A stretch of 64,000 bases of DNA from a candidate division WOR-3 bacterium (GTDB lineage: Bacteria; Hydrothermota; Tepidihabitantia; Tepidihabitantales; DTDR01): contig JBDRVE010000003.1 of NCBI GenBank assembly GCA_039801725.1, positions 9,418 to 73,417 of the forward strand, in the 5' to 3' direction. Of the stretch, positions 7,954 through 18,247 are shown piece by piece. The translations under genes were made by a program, and so were the position numbers. Every line of letters begins with the position of its first letter. The stretch's first letter is position 1. The notes beneath the pieces are model-generated. The model was not told the DNA's origin, did no database searches, and was given only the letters and a program-made list of their open reading frames with translations.

Positions 7954-8460
7954 ATGTCTCAATTTGCTTTTTTGGAAACTTTAAAAAAGGAGCATTTTTT
8001 AATAGAACGGGCTTTGAGAATAATGAATGTATTTATAATTAGAGAACAATTCTTAGAAAAAGAATTTTCTCTTCTTTATCATTTGATTAAGGATTTTGTG
8101 GAAGAAAATCATTGTGCCAAAGAAGAGAAGGTTTTGTTTCCTTTAATAAGGGAATACGAAATTGATGCTCAGTTAGTTATGGCAGACGAAGCAGAAAAAA
8201 GAAGAGAAATTATTGAAGACTTAGAAATTGGTTTGAAAGATTTTGATAAAGAAAAATTCTTCTCCGGTTTACAAAATTTTATAGAGATTTTTGCTCGCCA
8301 TATTTTTAAAGAAGAGGGTCTTATCTTTCCAGCCTGTGAGACCCTTTTGCCTTCCGAAATAAATGAAAAGATAATTGAAGAGTTTAAGGAATATGAAAAG
8401 AATGAAGAAAATTATGAATATTTTTTAAAAATCGTTGAAAATTTAGAGAAGCTTCTGTAA
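7954..8460 (+). CDS. hemerythrin-like (HHE cation-binding) domain protein
   Basis: Spaced His/Glu motifs [24 protein letters not shown] and [13 protein letters not shown], the typical H..KEE..LFP pattern. Confidence 0.55.
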   Translation: MSQFAFLETLKKEHFLIERALRIMNVFIIREQFLEKEFSLLYHLIKDFVEENHCAKEEKVLFPLIREYEIDAQLVMADEAEKRREIIEDLEIGLKDFDKEKFFSGLQNFIEIFARHIFKEEGLIFPACETLLPSEINEKIIEEFKEYEKNEENYEYFLKIVENLEKLL

Positions 8461-8464
8461 TAAA

Positions 8465-11302
8465 ATGGCCGAAAACAATTATATTTTTATCAAAGGAGCA
8501 AGAGAACATAATTTAAAAAATCTTACATTAAAAATTCCTCGAAATAAAATGATAGTCATTACGGGAATATCTGGTTCAGGAAAATCCTCTTTGGCTTTTG
8601 ATACTATTTATGCTGAGGGACAGAGAAGATACATTGAGTCTCTTTCTTCTTATGCTCGGCAGTTTTTAGGAGTGTTAGAAAAACCGAATGTAGATTACAT
8701 TGAAGGACTTTCCCCAGCGATTGCTATTGAACAACGAACAGCTGCTAAAAATCCTCGTTCTACCGTGGGTACGGTTACTGAAATTTACGATTACTTAAGA
8801 GTTCTTTTTGCTCGAATTGGCATTCCTTTTTGCCCTTATTGTAATAAAGAAATTGCTTATCAAACTTTAGACCAAATAATAGATCAGATTTTTCTTTATC
8901 CTAAAAATACTAAATTAACAATATTGGCACCGGTAGTGAGAGGAAGAAAAGGGGAATATCAAACGCTGTTAGAAAAAATTAAAAAAAGAGGATTTTTAAG
9001 AGTAAGAGTGGACGGAGAAATTTATGAGATTTCGGAGGTTAAAAATTTGGAAAAATACAAAAAGCATAATATTGAAATTCTTATTGATCGTCTAATTCTC
9101 AATCAAGAAAATCGAAAAAGACTAGCTGAATCAGTGGAATTAGCATTAAAAGAGGGTCAAGGATTATGTTTAGTGATTTTTGACGAAAAAGAGGAAAAAA
9201 TTTTTTCGGAAAAATTTGCTTGTGTGGAGTGTGGCTTTTCTTATGAAGAAATTTCCCCTCGACTTTTTTCTTTTAATTCTCCTTATGGCGCCTGTCCCAC
9301 TTGTCATGGATTGGGAACGAAAATGGAAATTGATCCAGAAAGATTAATTGTGGATCCCGAACTTTCGATTAATGAAGGAGTGATTGAAGTATGGGGAGAA
9401 CCCAAAGGAAGATGGTTTACCTCTGTTTTGAAAGCATTGGCTAAAAATTATAATTTTTCTTTAAATACTCCGTGGAAAAAATTACCTAAAGAAATAAAAA
9501 AGATAATTCTTTATGGCAGCAACGAAGAAATTCTTGTGGAACATGAAAGATGGGATGGAACCCGTTATCAATTTTATGAAGAGTTTGAGGGGGTGATTCC
9601 CCATTTAATGCGAATTTATCAAACAACCGAATCGGAGAGTACTCGCGAGTGGATTGAAAGATACATGTCGGTATTACCGTGTCCAGAATGTAGAGGTGCG
9701 CGACTCAAAAAAGAGGCATTGTCGATTAAAATTGCTGGTTATTCTATTTATGATGTTTGTAAATTTTCTATAAAAGAATGTTACCAATTTTTTGATAATT
9801 TAAAATTAAACGAACAAGAAAGAAAAATTGCTGGTGAATTGATTAACGAAATTAAAAAACGTTTGAAATTTTTAATAGAAGTAGGTGTGGAGTATTTAAC
9901 CTTAGAAAGAAGAACCGATACTTTGGGAGGCGGCGAGGAACAAAGAGTCAGATTAGCAACCCAAATCGGTTCGGGTTTAGTAGGGGTAACTTATATTTTG
10001 GATGAACCGACAATTGGGTTACATGTAAGGGATAATCAAAAGTTGATACAAACCTTATTAAGATTAAGAGATTTAGGAAATACCGTAATTGTTGTCGAAC
10101 ATGACCGCGATACAATTTTAGCGAGTGATTACGTAATTGATTTGGGTCCCGGAGCCGGAGAAAAAGGAGGTTACATTGTAGCAATGGGAACTCCTTCCGA
10201 AATAATGGAAAATCCTAACTCTTTGACAGGAGCTTATTTAGCAGGCAAGAAGGAAATTCCTTTGCCTCAAAAAAGAAGAGAAGGAAACGGTAAATTTTTA
10301 ATCGTAAAAGGATGTAGCGAAAATAATTTAAAAAATATTGATATTTGTATTCCCCTCGGTATGTTTGTCTGTCTTACCGGAGTTTCTGGTTCGGGTAAAA
10401 GTACTTTTATGAACGAGATTCTTTATAAAGCTTTAGCCGAAAGGTTTTACGGTTCTAAAGAAAAACCAGGAAAATTTAAAGAAATTATCGGTTGGGAAGA
10501 AATTGACAAAGTAGTTAATATTGACCAATCACCTATTGGTCGAACACCAAGATCTAATCCAGCTACTTATACTAATGTCTTTACGCCAATAAGAGAACTT
10601 TTTTCACAAACAAAGGAAGCCAAAATGCGTGGTTATCCACCAGGAAGATTTTCTTTTAATGTTCGAGGCGGTCGATGTGAAAACTGTGGCGGCGACGGAG
10701 TTAAAAAAATTGAAATGCATTTTCTGCCAGATGTTTATGTCACTTGTGAAGTATGTAAAGGAAAGAGATATAATCGAGAAACTTTAGAAATAAAATATAA
10801 GGGGAAAAATATATACGATGTGTTAGAGATGACAGTAGATGAAGCCTTGGAATTTTTTTACAATATTCCTTCCATTAAAAGAAAATTGGAGATGTTGAAA
10901 GATGTTGGTTTAGGATATATAAAATTAGGACAACCAGCAACAACTTTATCCGGTGGGGAAGCCCAAAGAGTAAAATTAGCAAGAGAATTATCTAAAATTG
11001 GGACGGGAAGAACTTTGTATCTTTTGGATGAACCTACTACTGGATTACACTTTGAAGATATTCGTCTTCTTTTAATTGTTCTTAATCGTTTGGTGGATAA
11101 AGGAAATACTGTGGTGGTTATTGAACATAATTTAGAAGTTATAAAATGCGCTGATTGGATAATTGATTTAGGACCCGAAGGAGGCGAAAACGGTGGATAT
11201 GTAGTGGCTTGTGGTAGACCAGAGGATATTGTTAAATGCGAAAAATCTTATACCGGAAAATTTTTGAAGGAGGTATTAAGAAGACATGGAGTCAAAATCT
11301 AA
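8465..11302 (+). CDS. uvrA: excinuclease ABC subunit A
   Basis: 945 aa. Two ABC ATPase modules ([24 protein letters not shown] signatures), zinc-finger Cys clusters, and the canonical N-terminus [11 protein letters not shown]. Confidence 0.97.
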   Translation: MAENNYIFIKGAREHNLKNLTLKIPRNKMIVITGISGSGKSSLAFDTIYAEGQRRYIESLSSYARQFLGVLEKPNVDYIEGLSPAIAIEQRTAAKNPRSTVGTVTEIYDYLRVLFARIGIPFCPYCNKEIAYQTLDQIIDQIFLYPKNTKLTILAPVVRGRKGEYQTLLEKIKKRGFLRVRVDGEIYEISEVKNLEKYKKHNIEILIDRLILNQENRKRLAESVELALKEGQGLCLVIFDEKEEKIFSEKFACVECGFSYEEISPRLFSFNSPYGACPTCHGLGTKMEIDPERLIVDPELSINEGVIEVWGEPKGRWFTSVLKALAKNYNFSLNTPWKKLPKEIKKIILYGSNEEILVEHERWDGTRYQFYEEFEGVIPHLMRIYQTTESESTREWIERYMSVLPCPECRGARLKKEALSIKIAGYSIYDVCKFSIKECYQFFDNLKLNEQERKIAGELINEIKKRLKFLIEVGVEYLTLERRTDTLGGGEEQRVRLATQIGSGLVGVTYILDEPTIGLHVRDNQKLIQTLLRLRDLGNTVIVVEHDRDTILASDYVIDLGPGAGEKGGYIVAMGTPSEIMENPNSLTGAYLAGKKEIPLPQKRREGNGKFLIVKGCSENNLKNIDICIPLGMFVCLTGVSGSGKSTFMNEILYKALAERFYGSKEKPGKFKEIIGWEEIDKVVNIDQSPIGRTPRSNPATYTNVFTPIRELFSQTKEAKMRGYPPGRFSFNVRGGRCENCGGDGVKKIEMHFLPDVYVTCEVCKGKRYNRETLEIKYKGKNIYDVLEMTVDEALEFFYNIPSIKRKLEMLKDVGLGYIKLGQPATTLSGGEAQRVKLARELSKIGTGRTLYLLDEPTTGLHFEDIRLLLIVLNRLVDKGNTVVVIEHNLEVIKCADWIIDLGPEGGENGGYVVACGRPEDIVKCEKSYTGKFLKEVLRRHGVKI

Positions 11303-12079
11303 ATATTTTTCCTTGATTCTTTCTATTCGAATAGCTTTGTAGGTAGAAAGATCAATTTCAATAAGAACTCCTTCGATTTGAAAATTAGAATTTGCTGGAT
11401 TAAGACGATAATTAATCCCATAAAGAAGTCTTTTTAAGGAATCTTCAATTTTCATTCCTAATACCGAATTAATTGCACCGCACATTCCAACATCAGTTAT
11501 GTAAGCAGTTCCCTTAGGTAAAATTTTTTCATCGGCAGTTGGAATATGCGTATGGGTTCCTAAAACAGCACTTACCCTGCCATCTAAAAAATATCCCATT
11601 GCTTGTTTCTCAGCCGTAGCTTCAGCATGAAAGTCAACAATAATAACTCCTTCTTTATCGATTTTTGCTAATTCTTCATCAATTCTTCGAAAAGGGCAAT
11701 CGACCGGTTTCATAAATACTCTTCCAACAAGATTTATTACAATAAATAACCCATTGTTTTTTTCTTTTATACAAATCCCCTTCCCAGGAGTTCCTAAAGG
11801 ATAATTTAGCGGCCGAATAATATTTTTTTCTTTTTCTAAATAAGAAATAATTTCTTTTCTATCAAAAGCATGGTCACCAAGAGTAATACAGTCAACTCCC
11901 AATGAAAAGAGTTCTTCAGCAATTTTAGGGGTAATACCAAATCCCCCAGCCGAATTTTCGCCATTGACGATAATGAAATCAGGTTGATACTTATTTTTCA
12001 AAGTTTTTATTCCTTGGATTACTGCCTTTCGACCGGCTTCTCCGCAGATATCGCCTAAAAAAATAATTTTATAACTCAT
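11276..12079 (-). CDS. ymdB: YmdB-like metallophosphoesterase (2',3'-cyclic-nucleotide phosphodiesterase family)
   Basis: 267 aa. Motifs [21 protein letters not shown] and FHAEATAEK. Lies immediately downstream of rny, the conserved rny-ymdB pair. Confidence 0.85.
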   Translation of the reverse strand: MSYKIIFLGDICGEAGRKAVIQGIKTLKNKYQPDFIIVNGENSAGGFGITPKIAEELFSLGVDCITLGDHAFDRKEIISYLEKEKNIIRPLNYPLGTPGKGICIKEKNNGLFIVINLVGRVFMKPVDCPFRRIDEELAKIDKEGVIIVDFHAEATAEKQAMGYFLDGRVSAVLGTHTHIPTADEKILPKGTAYITDVGMCGAINSVLGMKIEDSLKRLLYGINYRLNPANSNFQIEGVLIEIDLSTYKAIRIERIKEKYLDFDSMSS

Positions 12080-13598
12080 AAATTAAATTTATTTTAATTT
12101 CACCTAACATATTAGTTTCGTGTCTTATTTTCTGTTGAAGATTTCTTATTAATAGATTACTTTCTTTTTCACTAAGTTTATCAACATTTAATAAAATTCG
12201 GATTTCTCTCCCTAATTGGAAAGCATATGCTCTCTTAACCTCTTGAATTTCTTGACATAGTTCCTCAATTTTTATTAATCTTTTAAAAGTTTCGGTGAAA
12301 TCAATTGTCCGACCTGCTCCATAGATATGAGAAAGACCATTGGCCAAGGAGACTAAAAAAGATTCTAAAGAAGAAAAATTATCTAATTGATGATGGTTAA
12401 TGATTGCTTGGATTACTGCTTCGTTTTCACCAAATTTTTTAACAAAATTAGCTCCACTTATCTGATGTGGTAGATTTTCTTCACCAGAAAGAATTTTGCC
12501 GATATCATGTAGAAGACCTGCTTTTAAAACATTAGTAGGATCAATATCAAAATTAAGGGCTAAGTTTTTACTAATAATTGCGACTTCCTTGGAATGGGCA
12601 AGAAGATTTTGTCCGTAGGTGACATAAAATTCCATTTCTCCAATTTTTTTTAATAACTCCTCAGAGAAATTCGCAATTCCTAATTCTTTACAGGTCTCTA
12701 AGCCAGTTTGCAGTATTTTTCTTTCCAATTCTTCCAAGGTTTTTTGAAAGGATTTTTCGATTGTTTCGGCAGAAATTTCGTTTTCATTTATAATCTTTTC
12801 AATTAATAATTTAGCAGTAATTCTTCTTTTAGGATTAAAAGAAAAGATAAAAATTTTTTTAGGGGTATCGTCAACAATAATTTCTGTGCCAGTAAGATTT
12901 TCTAACAAATGAATATTTCTTCCTTTCCGACCAATTAACTTTCTTTTAAAATCGTCGTGAGGAATTTCGACAAAAGAAATACTATGCTCTTTTGCTACTG
13001 GTAAAGCGATTTTTTGGCAAGTTTCTAATAAAATTTTTTGGGCAATAATTTTTGTTTCTTCATTCGTTTTTTCTTTTATTTTTTTTAATTCTTCAAAATG
13101 TTCCTCCCATATCTCCTTTTCGAAAGTCTTCTTTAATTCTTCTTTTATTTCTGAGATACTCAAATTGGGTATTTTTAATAGGCGATTCTGATACTCGTTT
13201 ATTAATTTATCAAGGTATTCAATTTTTACTTTATAAATCTTTTCCGTTATCAAAAGTTCATTTTCTTTTTTTTGGATACGATTTAAAGATAATAAATAAT
13301 CTTTTTCTTTTTTTTGATAAAGATTTATAAGACTCTCTAATTCTTTATCTTTTTCGTTTAGTTCTTTTAATTTTTTTTCTTGCTCTTCTAAAATTTTCTT
13401 CTTCTCTTTTTCCACCTCCTTTCTTAATTCTTCAATTAATTTTTGTTTTTCTTTTTCGTTTTCTTCTGATAACTTTTTTTTATATTCTTCAAATTTTTTC
13501 TGTTCCGTTTCATATTTTTCCCTCCAAAAATTTCTGGTTAATAAATAAGTTAATAAGATAGAGAGAAATAACAATAAAAAAAATAAAAGGTACATCAT
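12069..13598 (-). CDS. rny: ribonuclease Y
   Basis: N-terminal TM helix, K/E-rich coiled coil, KH domain (LIGRKGRNIHLLENLTG) and HD domain (GLLHDIGK). AAAAGGGGA lies upstream of the ATG. Confidence 0.9.
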   Translation of the reverse strand: MMYLLFFLLLFLSILLTYLLTRNFWREKYETEQKKFEEYKKKLSEENEKEKQKLIEELRKEVEKEKKKILEEQEKKLKELNEKDKELESLINLYQKKEKDYLLSLNRIQKKENELLITEKIYKVKIEYLDKLINEYQNRLLKIPNLSISEIKEELKKTFEKEIWEEHFEELKKIKEKTNEETKIIAQKILLETCQKIALPVAKEHSISFVEIPHDDFKRKLIGRKGRNIHLLENLTGTEIIVDDTPKKIFIFSFNPKRRITAKLLIEKIINENEISAETIEKSFQKTLEELERKILQTGLETCKELGIANFSEELLKKIGEMEFYVTYGQNLLAHSKEVAIISKNLALNFDIDPTNVLKAGLLHDIGKILSGEENLPHQISGANFVKKFGENEAVIQAIINHHQLDNFSSLESFLVSLANGLSHIYGAGRTIDFTETFKRLIKIEELCQEIQEVKRAYAFQLGREIRILLNVDKLSEKESNLLIRNLQQKIRHETNMLGEIKINLIYEL

Positions 13599-13625
13599 TT
13601 TTTTCCCCTTTTAATCTTAAAATTT

Positions 13626-13806
13626 AAGGCTCTCCGTAGCATCGTGTTGGTGATGGTCTCTGAACCCTAGAACAACATATGGCGTCCTGAAGGTGGGTCC
13701 TATCTTAGAGGATAGACCTCCAGATAGTAAGCACCATCGGACATCCATAATTTAGGTGTTGGCTCAAGACCATATTTCCCAATCACGAATGCTACCGAGA
13801 GCCCTT
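13626..13806 (-). ncRNA. ssrS: 6S RNA-like regulatory RNA
   Basis: The only G+C-enriched noncoding island in the window. A closing helix of about 21 bp forms between 13626-13646 and 13784-13806. It is followed by inner helices (UUGG/CCAA, UGGUCU/AGACCA), a large central bubble and an apical hairpin (UAUCU..GAGG/CCUC..AGAUA). Length is about 181 nt. It lies directly downstream of zapA as in E. coli zapA-ssrS. Strand is inferred from context and a 3' AAAUUUU tail. Confidence 0.65.
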
Positions 13807-14067
13807 ATTATTAACCAATTTTTCAATGAGCAAATCTAGCCTTTCTTTTAAAATTTTTTCGTTTTTTTCATAATTATCCATCAACTCTTCAATCAAATTA
13901 AGGGAGCCGAAAAAAATTAATTCACTAAAATCTAAGTAAGGAAATTTCTTTTTTAACTCTTTAACCTTATCTTCTAAAAGATTAAATAATCTTTTAAGAT
14001 ATTCCTCATTTTTGTCACTTTTAATTTCATAAATTTGGTCTAAGAATTGAAGACGATAGGTATTCAT
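13792..14067 (-). CDS. zapA: cell division protein ZapA-like
   Basis: 91 aa. Short beta N-terminus then a helical/coiled C-terminus, matching the pattern of ZapA (..YEIKSDKNEEYLKRLFNLLEDKVKEL..). Position upstream of the 6S-like RNA supports the call. Confidence 0.55.
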   Translation of the reverse strand: MNTYRLQFLDQIYEIKSDKNEEYLKRLFNLLEDKVKELKKKFPYLDFSELIFFGSLNLIEELMDNYEKNEKILKERLDLLIEKLVNNKGSR

Positions 14068-14261
14068 ATTTTTAGTTTACTAAAATTCTTTAATTTTTCA
14101 ATAATAGATTTTATTTTTTTTAAGCTTTTTTCAATTTTTTCTTGATAAATTGTTAATTCTTTTTTTAAATTTTCATTTTCTTTCTTAAGAATTTCATTTT
14201 CTTTCAGAATTTTTTCAATCAATTCCTCTAAAGTTTTTAATTTTTTTTCAACTTCGTTCAT
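14064..14261 (-). CDS. small coiled-coil protein (possible ZapB-like division factor)
   Basis: 65 aa, heptad-rich K/E/L sequence. Translationally coupled between pheT and zapA by 4-nt overlaps on both sides. Confidence 0.4.
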   Translation of the reverse strand: MNEVEKKLKTLEELIEKILKENEILKKENENLKKELTIYQEKIEKSLKKIKSIIEKLKNFSKLKI

Positions 14262-16501
14262 TTTTTTCTTAATTGAGCAGGAAAGTTTTTTTCTACTAAT
14301 AAGATAATTTCTTTTAACAATTTTTCCAATTCTTCCTTAGTGTAAGGTTCATCTTTAGGTTGAAAAAAGAGGCGGAGACCAAGATTTCTCTTGCCCAAAG
14401 GTAAGGGTTGGCCTACAAAAGAGTCAAATATAATAATTTCTTTTATCAAAGAAGAATAATTTTTTTTGATAAAATCAATTATTTCCTGGGCACAAAGATT
14501 TTCGTCAATAATAAAGGACAAATCGCGATATATAACAGAGAGAGAAGGAAGAGGTTGGTAGATTTTTTCTTTGGTAAAATGTTGGTAGATTTTTTCTAAG
14601 TCTATTTCAGCATAAAAGACTTCATTTTCAATTTCATATTGGACAAGTAAGTCTTCATTAATTTTTCCTAAATAACCAATTTCTTCGTTTTTATAGGTAA
14701 TTGCTACTGATGGGAATGAGGAAAAATAAGCATGCTTTTTTAATAAGTAATTAAATTCAGTAATGTTTAAAAAATTAAAAATCTCTTCAATAATACCCTT
14801 TAAATCAAAATAATCTACTTTTTTAGGTTTCGTGTCGAAATTAATTGGTAAATTATTACCGGTTAAAGCAATTGCTAATAAATATTTTTCTTTTTTATAA
14901 ACCTTACCAATCTCAAAAATTCTTAAATCTTTATTATTAAAAGAATGGTTGTGAGAAATTACTGATAATAACGAAGGAAGAAGAGAATTTCTCAAAATCG
15001 CTAGTCTTTCATTTAACGGATTTAATAATTTAATTCCTTCTCCTATTTTTTCCGGTAAGAAACTTAAGGTAATTATTTCGCAAAAACCTCGGCCAATTAA
15101 AAAATTCTTTAAGGCATTTAAAAAGGCAGTGAAAGGTTGGATTTCGCCAATTTTTTTAATTTTTAAATAAAAGGAAGAGGAAAATTTTTCGTACCCATAA
15201 TAGCGAGCAATTTCTTCTACTAAATCAATTGGCAGTTTTAAATCATGGCGCCAAGCAGGTGGTTCGTAAATTATTTCTTTTTCTCTTATTTCCTTTATTT
15301 TTCCACCAATTCTTTGAAAAATATTTAAAATATAGTTCGAAGGAAGATCTATACCTAAAATTCTTTTAGGATAATTTAAAGGAAAAGAGATTAATTTTTT
15401 TTCTATTTCCTTCTTAACTATTTTTTGTTCTTTAACAATTTTTCCACCACCCCATTGGGCAATTAGATTAGCAGCATAGTTAGCGAAATAATTTAAATTT
15501 TCATAATCGATTCCTAACTCAAATCTTCGGGCAGCTTCCGTTCGTAAGTTTAAGAAATTTATTCCTGCTCTTATGGTTTCTTGAGAAAAGAAAGCACATT
15601 CCAAAAGGACTTCGGTTGTGTTTTCAATAATCTCAGTGTTTTGACCACCAATTATTCCGGCAATTGCAATAATTCTTTTTTTATCAGCAATACAAAGAAC
15701 TTTCTCAGAAACTTCTCTTTCGACACCATCAATAGTTTTAATCTTTTCTCCCTTTCTGCCTAAACGGATATAGATTTCGTTGCCAAAAATTCTTTTTAAA
15801 TCAAAAGGATGTAAAGGCTGGCCAAATTGGATAAGGGTATAGTTAGTAGCATCAACAACATTATTTATTGGTCGTAATCCTGAAAGAAAAAGACGCCATT
15901 GATAAAATAGAGGAGATGGTTTTATTTTTAAATTAACAATTTTAGTGCCAATATAAATTGGGCATTGCTCTAAATCTTCAATAATTATTTCGATGTCGTT
16001 TTTTTCTTCTATTTCGTAAAGATTATTATTAACTGTTGGCAAAATTAAATTTCTATCAGTAAAATAGGCAACCTCTCGGGCAAGACCAAAAACCGAAAAA
16101 AGGTCTGCTCGGTTAGGAGTAATTTCTACTTCCAGAAATAGGTTATCAAGATAATTAAAAACCTCCTTTCCTTCTTCTTCCTCAAAGATCAAATAATCTT
16201 CTTGGGGAAAAGATAAATCTTTCCCTTTTAATAATTTTTTTTCTTTTAAATGATAACCTACTTTTTCTCCTATTTTAGCGTTAATATTTTCCTTAATCAC
16301 AAATTTTTCATTACCAATTTTTAAAACTGTTTCGTTTTCTTTTTTTTCGATGATTGTTGCTAAAAGATAATAAGAAAAATCTCTTAAATAATCATAGAAA
16401 TTTACTACTTCAATACCCTTTTTCTCTAATAAATCTAAAAGTTCTCTTTCATTGATTTTCGGTTCTAAAAACTCATTTAACCAATTTAAAGTAAGTTTCA
16501 T
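14258..16501 (-). CDS. pheT: phenylalanine--tRNA ligase beta subunit
   Basis: 747 aa. N-terminus MKLTLNWLNEF, B3/4 region TPNRADLFSVFGLAREV, and a C-terminal FDX-ACB-like domain. Confidence 0.9.
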   Translation of the reverse strand: MKLTLNWLNEFLEPKINERELLDLLEKKGIEVVNFYDYLRDFSYYLLATIIEKKENETVLKIGNEKFVIKENINAKIGEKVGYHLKEKKLLKGKDLSFPQEDYLIFEEEEGKEVFNYLDNLFLEVEITPNRADLFSVFGLAREVAYFTDRNLILPTVNNNLYEIEEKNDIEIIIEDLEQCPIYIGTKIVNLKIKPSPLFYQWRLFLSGLRPINNVVDATNYTLIQFGQPLHPFDLKRIFGNEIYIRLGRKGEKIKTIDGVEREVSEKVLCIADKKRIIAIAGIIGGQNTEIIENTTEVLLECAFFSQETIRAGINFLNLRTEAARRFELGIDYENLNYFANYAANLIAQWGGGKIVKEQKIVKKEIEKKLISFPLNYPKRILGIDLPSNYILNIFQRIGGKIKEIREKEIIYEPPAWRHDLKLPIDLVEEIARYYGYEKFSSSFYLKIKKIGEIQPFTAFLNALKNFLIGRGFCEIITLSFLPEKIGEGIKLLNPLNERLAILRNSLLPSLLSVISHNHSFNNKDLRIFEIGKVYKKEKYLLAIALTGNNLPINFDTKPKKVDYFDLKGIIEEIFNFLNITEFNYLLKKHAYFSSFPSVAITYKNEEIGYLGKINEDLLVQYEIENEVFYAEIDLEKIYQHFTKEKIYQPLPSLSVIYRDLSFIIDENLCAQEIIDFIKKNYSSLIKEIIIFDSFVGQPLPLGKRNLGLRLFFQPKDEPYTKEELEKLLKEIILLVEKNFPAQLRKK

Positions 16502-16510
16502 AACTTTATA

Positions 16511-16538
16511 AAGATAATAATTTTTATTTAAAAGTCAA
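16511..16538 (-). promoter_or_regulatory. sigma70-type promoter of the pheT operon
   Basis: Minus strand TTGACT (16538-16533), N16, TATCTT (16516-16511), then 9 nt to the ATG at 16501. Confidence 0.4.
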
Positions 16539-16758
16539 GAAGAGAGAGTTAAAAAAAGCATTAACCGTAAAAGGTTCTTTTCTGTTATATATAGAAAGAA
16601 TTTTACTTTTCGGAAAAATTTTTCCTTTACAATCCCTTTTCTTTGGACTATATTTATTATTAAAATGATTTTTGGATGTTTGCAAGTTAATTTATCAATA
16701 AGAGTGAAACTTGATATTCTACCAATAAAAAATTTTGGTTATTCAAACTCTATTAATT

Positions 16759-16797
16759 AGGAAGGGAAACTGATGGAGGGAATGATACAGGGTAGGG
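16759..16797 (+). repeat. spacer repeat family, copy B (AGGAAGGGAAACTGATGGAGGGAATGATACAGGGTAGGG)
   Basis: Same GAGGG..ATACA..GGGTAGG core as copies A and C. Contains four GGG runs at 16764, 16778, 16790 and 16795. Confidence 0.5.
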
Positions 16798-16820
16798 CTC
16801 TATTCTACTGATAATAATAC

Positions 16821-16916
16821 CTTTATTAATACGAATAATAACATCTTTATTAATACGAATAACATTCGCTTTATTAATGGTAATAATATTCGGTTTATTA
16901 ATGACTTTAATATAAA
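16821..16916. repeat. four tandem 24-bp units, each a TTATTA-N7-TAATAA-type dyad
   Basis: Units start at 16821, 16845, 16869 and 16893. They read CTTTATTAATACGAATAATAACAT, CTTTATTAATACGAATAACATTCG, CTTTATTAATGGTAATAATATTCG and GTTTATTAATGACTTTAATATAAA. A related single unit lies at 4850-4873, with 14-nt identity AATACCTTTATTAA at 4845-4858 and 16816-16829. A weaker one lies at 35743-35760. Confidence 0.85.
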
Positions 16917-17028
16917 GTTTATGTTTGAGAATTGAGAGGAGTTCAAATAACCTACTAGGATAGTGCTATAGAGATAAAACTCAAGAATATTTTTGGATAT
17001 TGCTACTTGGGCAAAGACGCTGAAATTT

Positions 17029-17056
17029 TTGACATTAAAAAGATTTAAGATATAAT
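17029..17056 (+). promoter_or_regulatory. sigma70-type promoter of metK-ahcY
   Basis: TTGACA (17029-17034), N16, TATAAT (17051-17056). A 24-nt leader carries AAGGAG 7 nt before the ATG at 17081. Confidence 0.6.
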
Positions 17057-17080
17057 TTTTTTATAAAAAGGAGTTTAAAA

Positions 17081-18244
17081 ATGAGAATAGATTTTTTTAC
17101 TTCCGAATCAGTTACAGAAGGGCATCCAGATAAAATTTGTGATCAAATTTCCGATGCTGTTTTGGATGAAATTTTAAGGCAAGATGAATATGCTCGGGTG
17201 GCTTGTGAAACTTTTGTTACTGTAGGGTTAGTAATTGTTGGTGGCGAAATAACTACCAAGGGATGGGTTGATTTACAAAAGGTCGTGAGGAATCTATTAA
17301 AAGAAATTGGCTATACCAGCACCAAATATGGATTATCAGCAGATAATTGTGCAATACTGAATGCCATTGGTACCCAATCACCAGATATTGCGATTGGTGT
17401 TGACCGTGGCGGAGCCGGTGACCAAGGTTTGATGATTGGTTATGCTACTCGTGAAACAAAGGAATATATGCCTCTACCAATTATTTTAGCTCATAAATTG
17501 ACCAGAAGATTGGCAGAAGTAAGAAAGAAAAAAATTTTACCCTATTTAGGACCTGATGGAAAATCACAAGTAACAGTAGAATATCACGATGGTAAACCGG
17601 TGAGGGTTGATAGTGTAGTGATAGCTGCTCAACATACTGAAGAAGTTTTGGATAGTACAGGAGAAAGAATGAAAGAAGAGGCTAAAGAGGAAATAATTGA
17701 GAAAGTTATAAAGGCGGTAATTCCTGAAGAATATTTAGATAAGAATACTAAATTTTATGTTAATGAGACAGGCAAATTTATTATCGGTGGACCCCAATCC
17801 GATACTGGAATGACCGGTAGAAAAATAATTGTTGATACTTATGGAGGCAAAGTAAGGCATGGTGGCGGAGCCTTTTCTGGCAAAGATCCAACAAAAGTTG
17901 ATCGGAGTGCTTCTTATATGGCAAGATATGTAGCGAAAAATTTAGTTGCTAGTGGTGTATGTGATGAAGTGGAAATCAGTGTTGCTTATGTGATTGGCCG
18001 ACCTGAACCTCTTCATATTAGTTTAAATACTTTTAACACTGGAAAAGTGAAAGACGAGGTTTTATTAAAATTGGTAAAGGAAATGTTTGATTTTACGCCT
18101 AAGGGAATGATTGAACACTTGAAGTTAAGAAGACCAATTTATTTGCCTACTGCTTGTTATGGTCATTTTGGTCGGGAAGAAGAAGATTTTACTTGGGAAA
18201 AACTAGATATGGTAAAAGAGATTCGGGAACGGTTAGGAATATAA
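17081..18244 (+). CDS. metK: S-adenosylmethionine synthetase
   Basis: 387 aa. Motifs [32 protein letters not shown] and [16 protein letters not shown]. Confidence 0.97.
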   Translation: MRIDFFTSESVTEGHPDKICDQISDAVLDEILRQDEYARVACETFVTVGLVIVGGEITTKGWVDLQKVVRNLLKEIGYTSTKYGLSADNCAILNAIGTQSPDIAIGVDRGGAGDQGLMIGYATRETKEYMPLPIILAHKLTRRLAEVRKKKILPYLGPDGKSQVTVEYHDGKPVRVDSVVIAAQHTEEVLDSTGERMKEEAKEEIIEKVIKAVIPEEYLDKNTKFYVNETGKFIIGGPQSDTGMTGRKIIVDTYGGKVRHGGGAFSGKDPTKVDRSASYMARYVAKNLVASGVCDEVEISVAYVIGRPEPLHISLNTFNTGKVKDEVLLKLVKEMFDFTPKGMIEHLKLRRPIYLPTACYGHFGREEEDFTWEKLDMVKEIRERLGI

Positions 18245-18247
18245 GAG

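Noticed and set aside
13621-13810. Alternative identities for the structured RNA (SRP RNA, tmRNA, RNase P RNA, riboswitch)
   Set aside because: A length of about 180 nt and a single long irregular hairpin with a big central bubble fit 6S. SRP RNA would be smaller, and tmRNA and RNase P RNA are larger and multi-domain. No downstream gene needs a riboswitch, and rny has its own SD.
16821-16916. CRISPR-like array
   Set aside because: The 24-bp units are directly abutting with no spacers, they degenerate progressively, and no cas genes are present.
16921-17080. SAM riboswitch upstream of metK (or SAH riboswitch for ahcY)
   Set aside because: A near-perfect TTGACA-N16-TATAAT lies only 24 nt before the ATG, leaving no room for an aptamer. 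I could not find SAM-I-type conserved segments upstream. A weak UUGC...AAAG..GCUG resemblance to SAM-II/V at 17001-17024 lies upstream of the promoter -35. cmscan would settle it.
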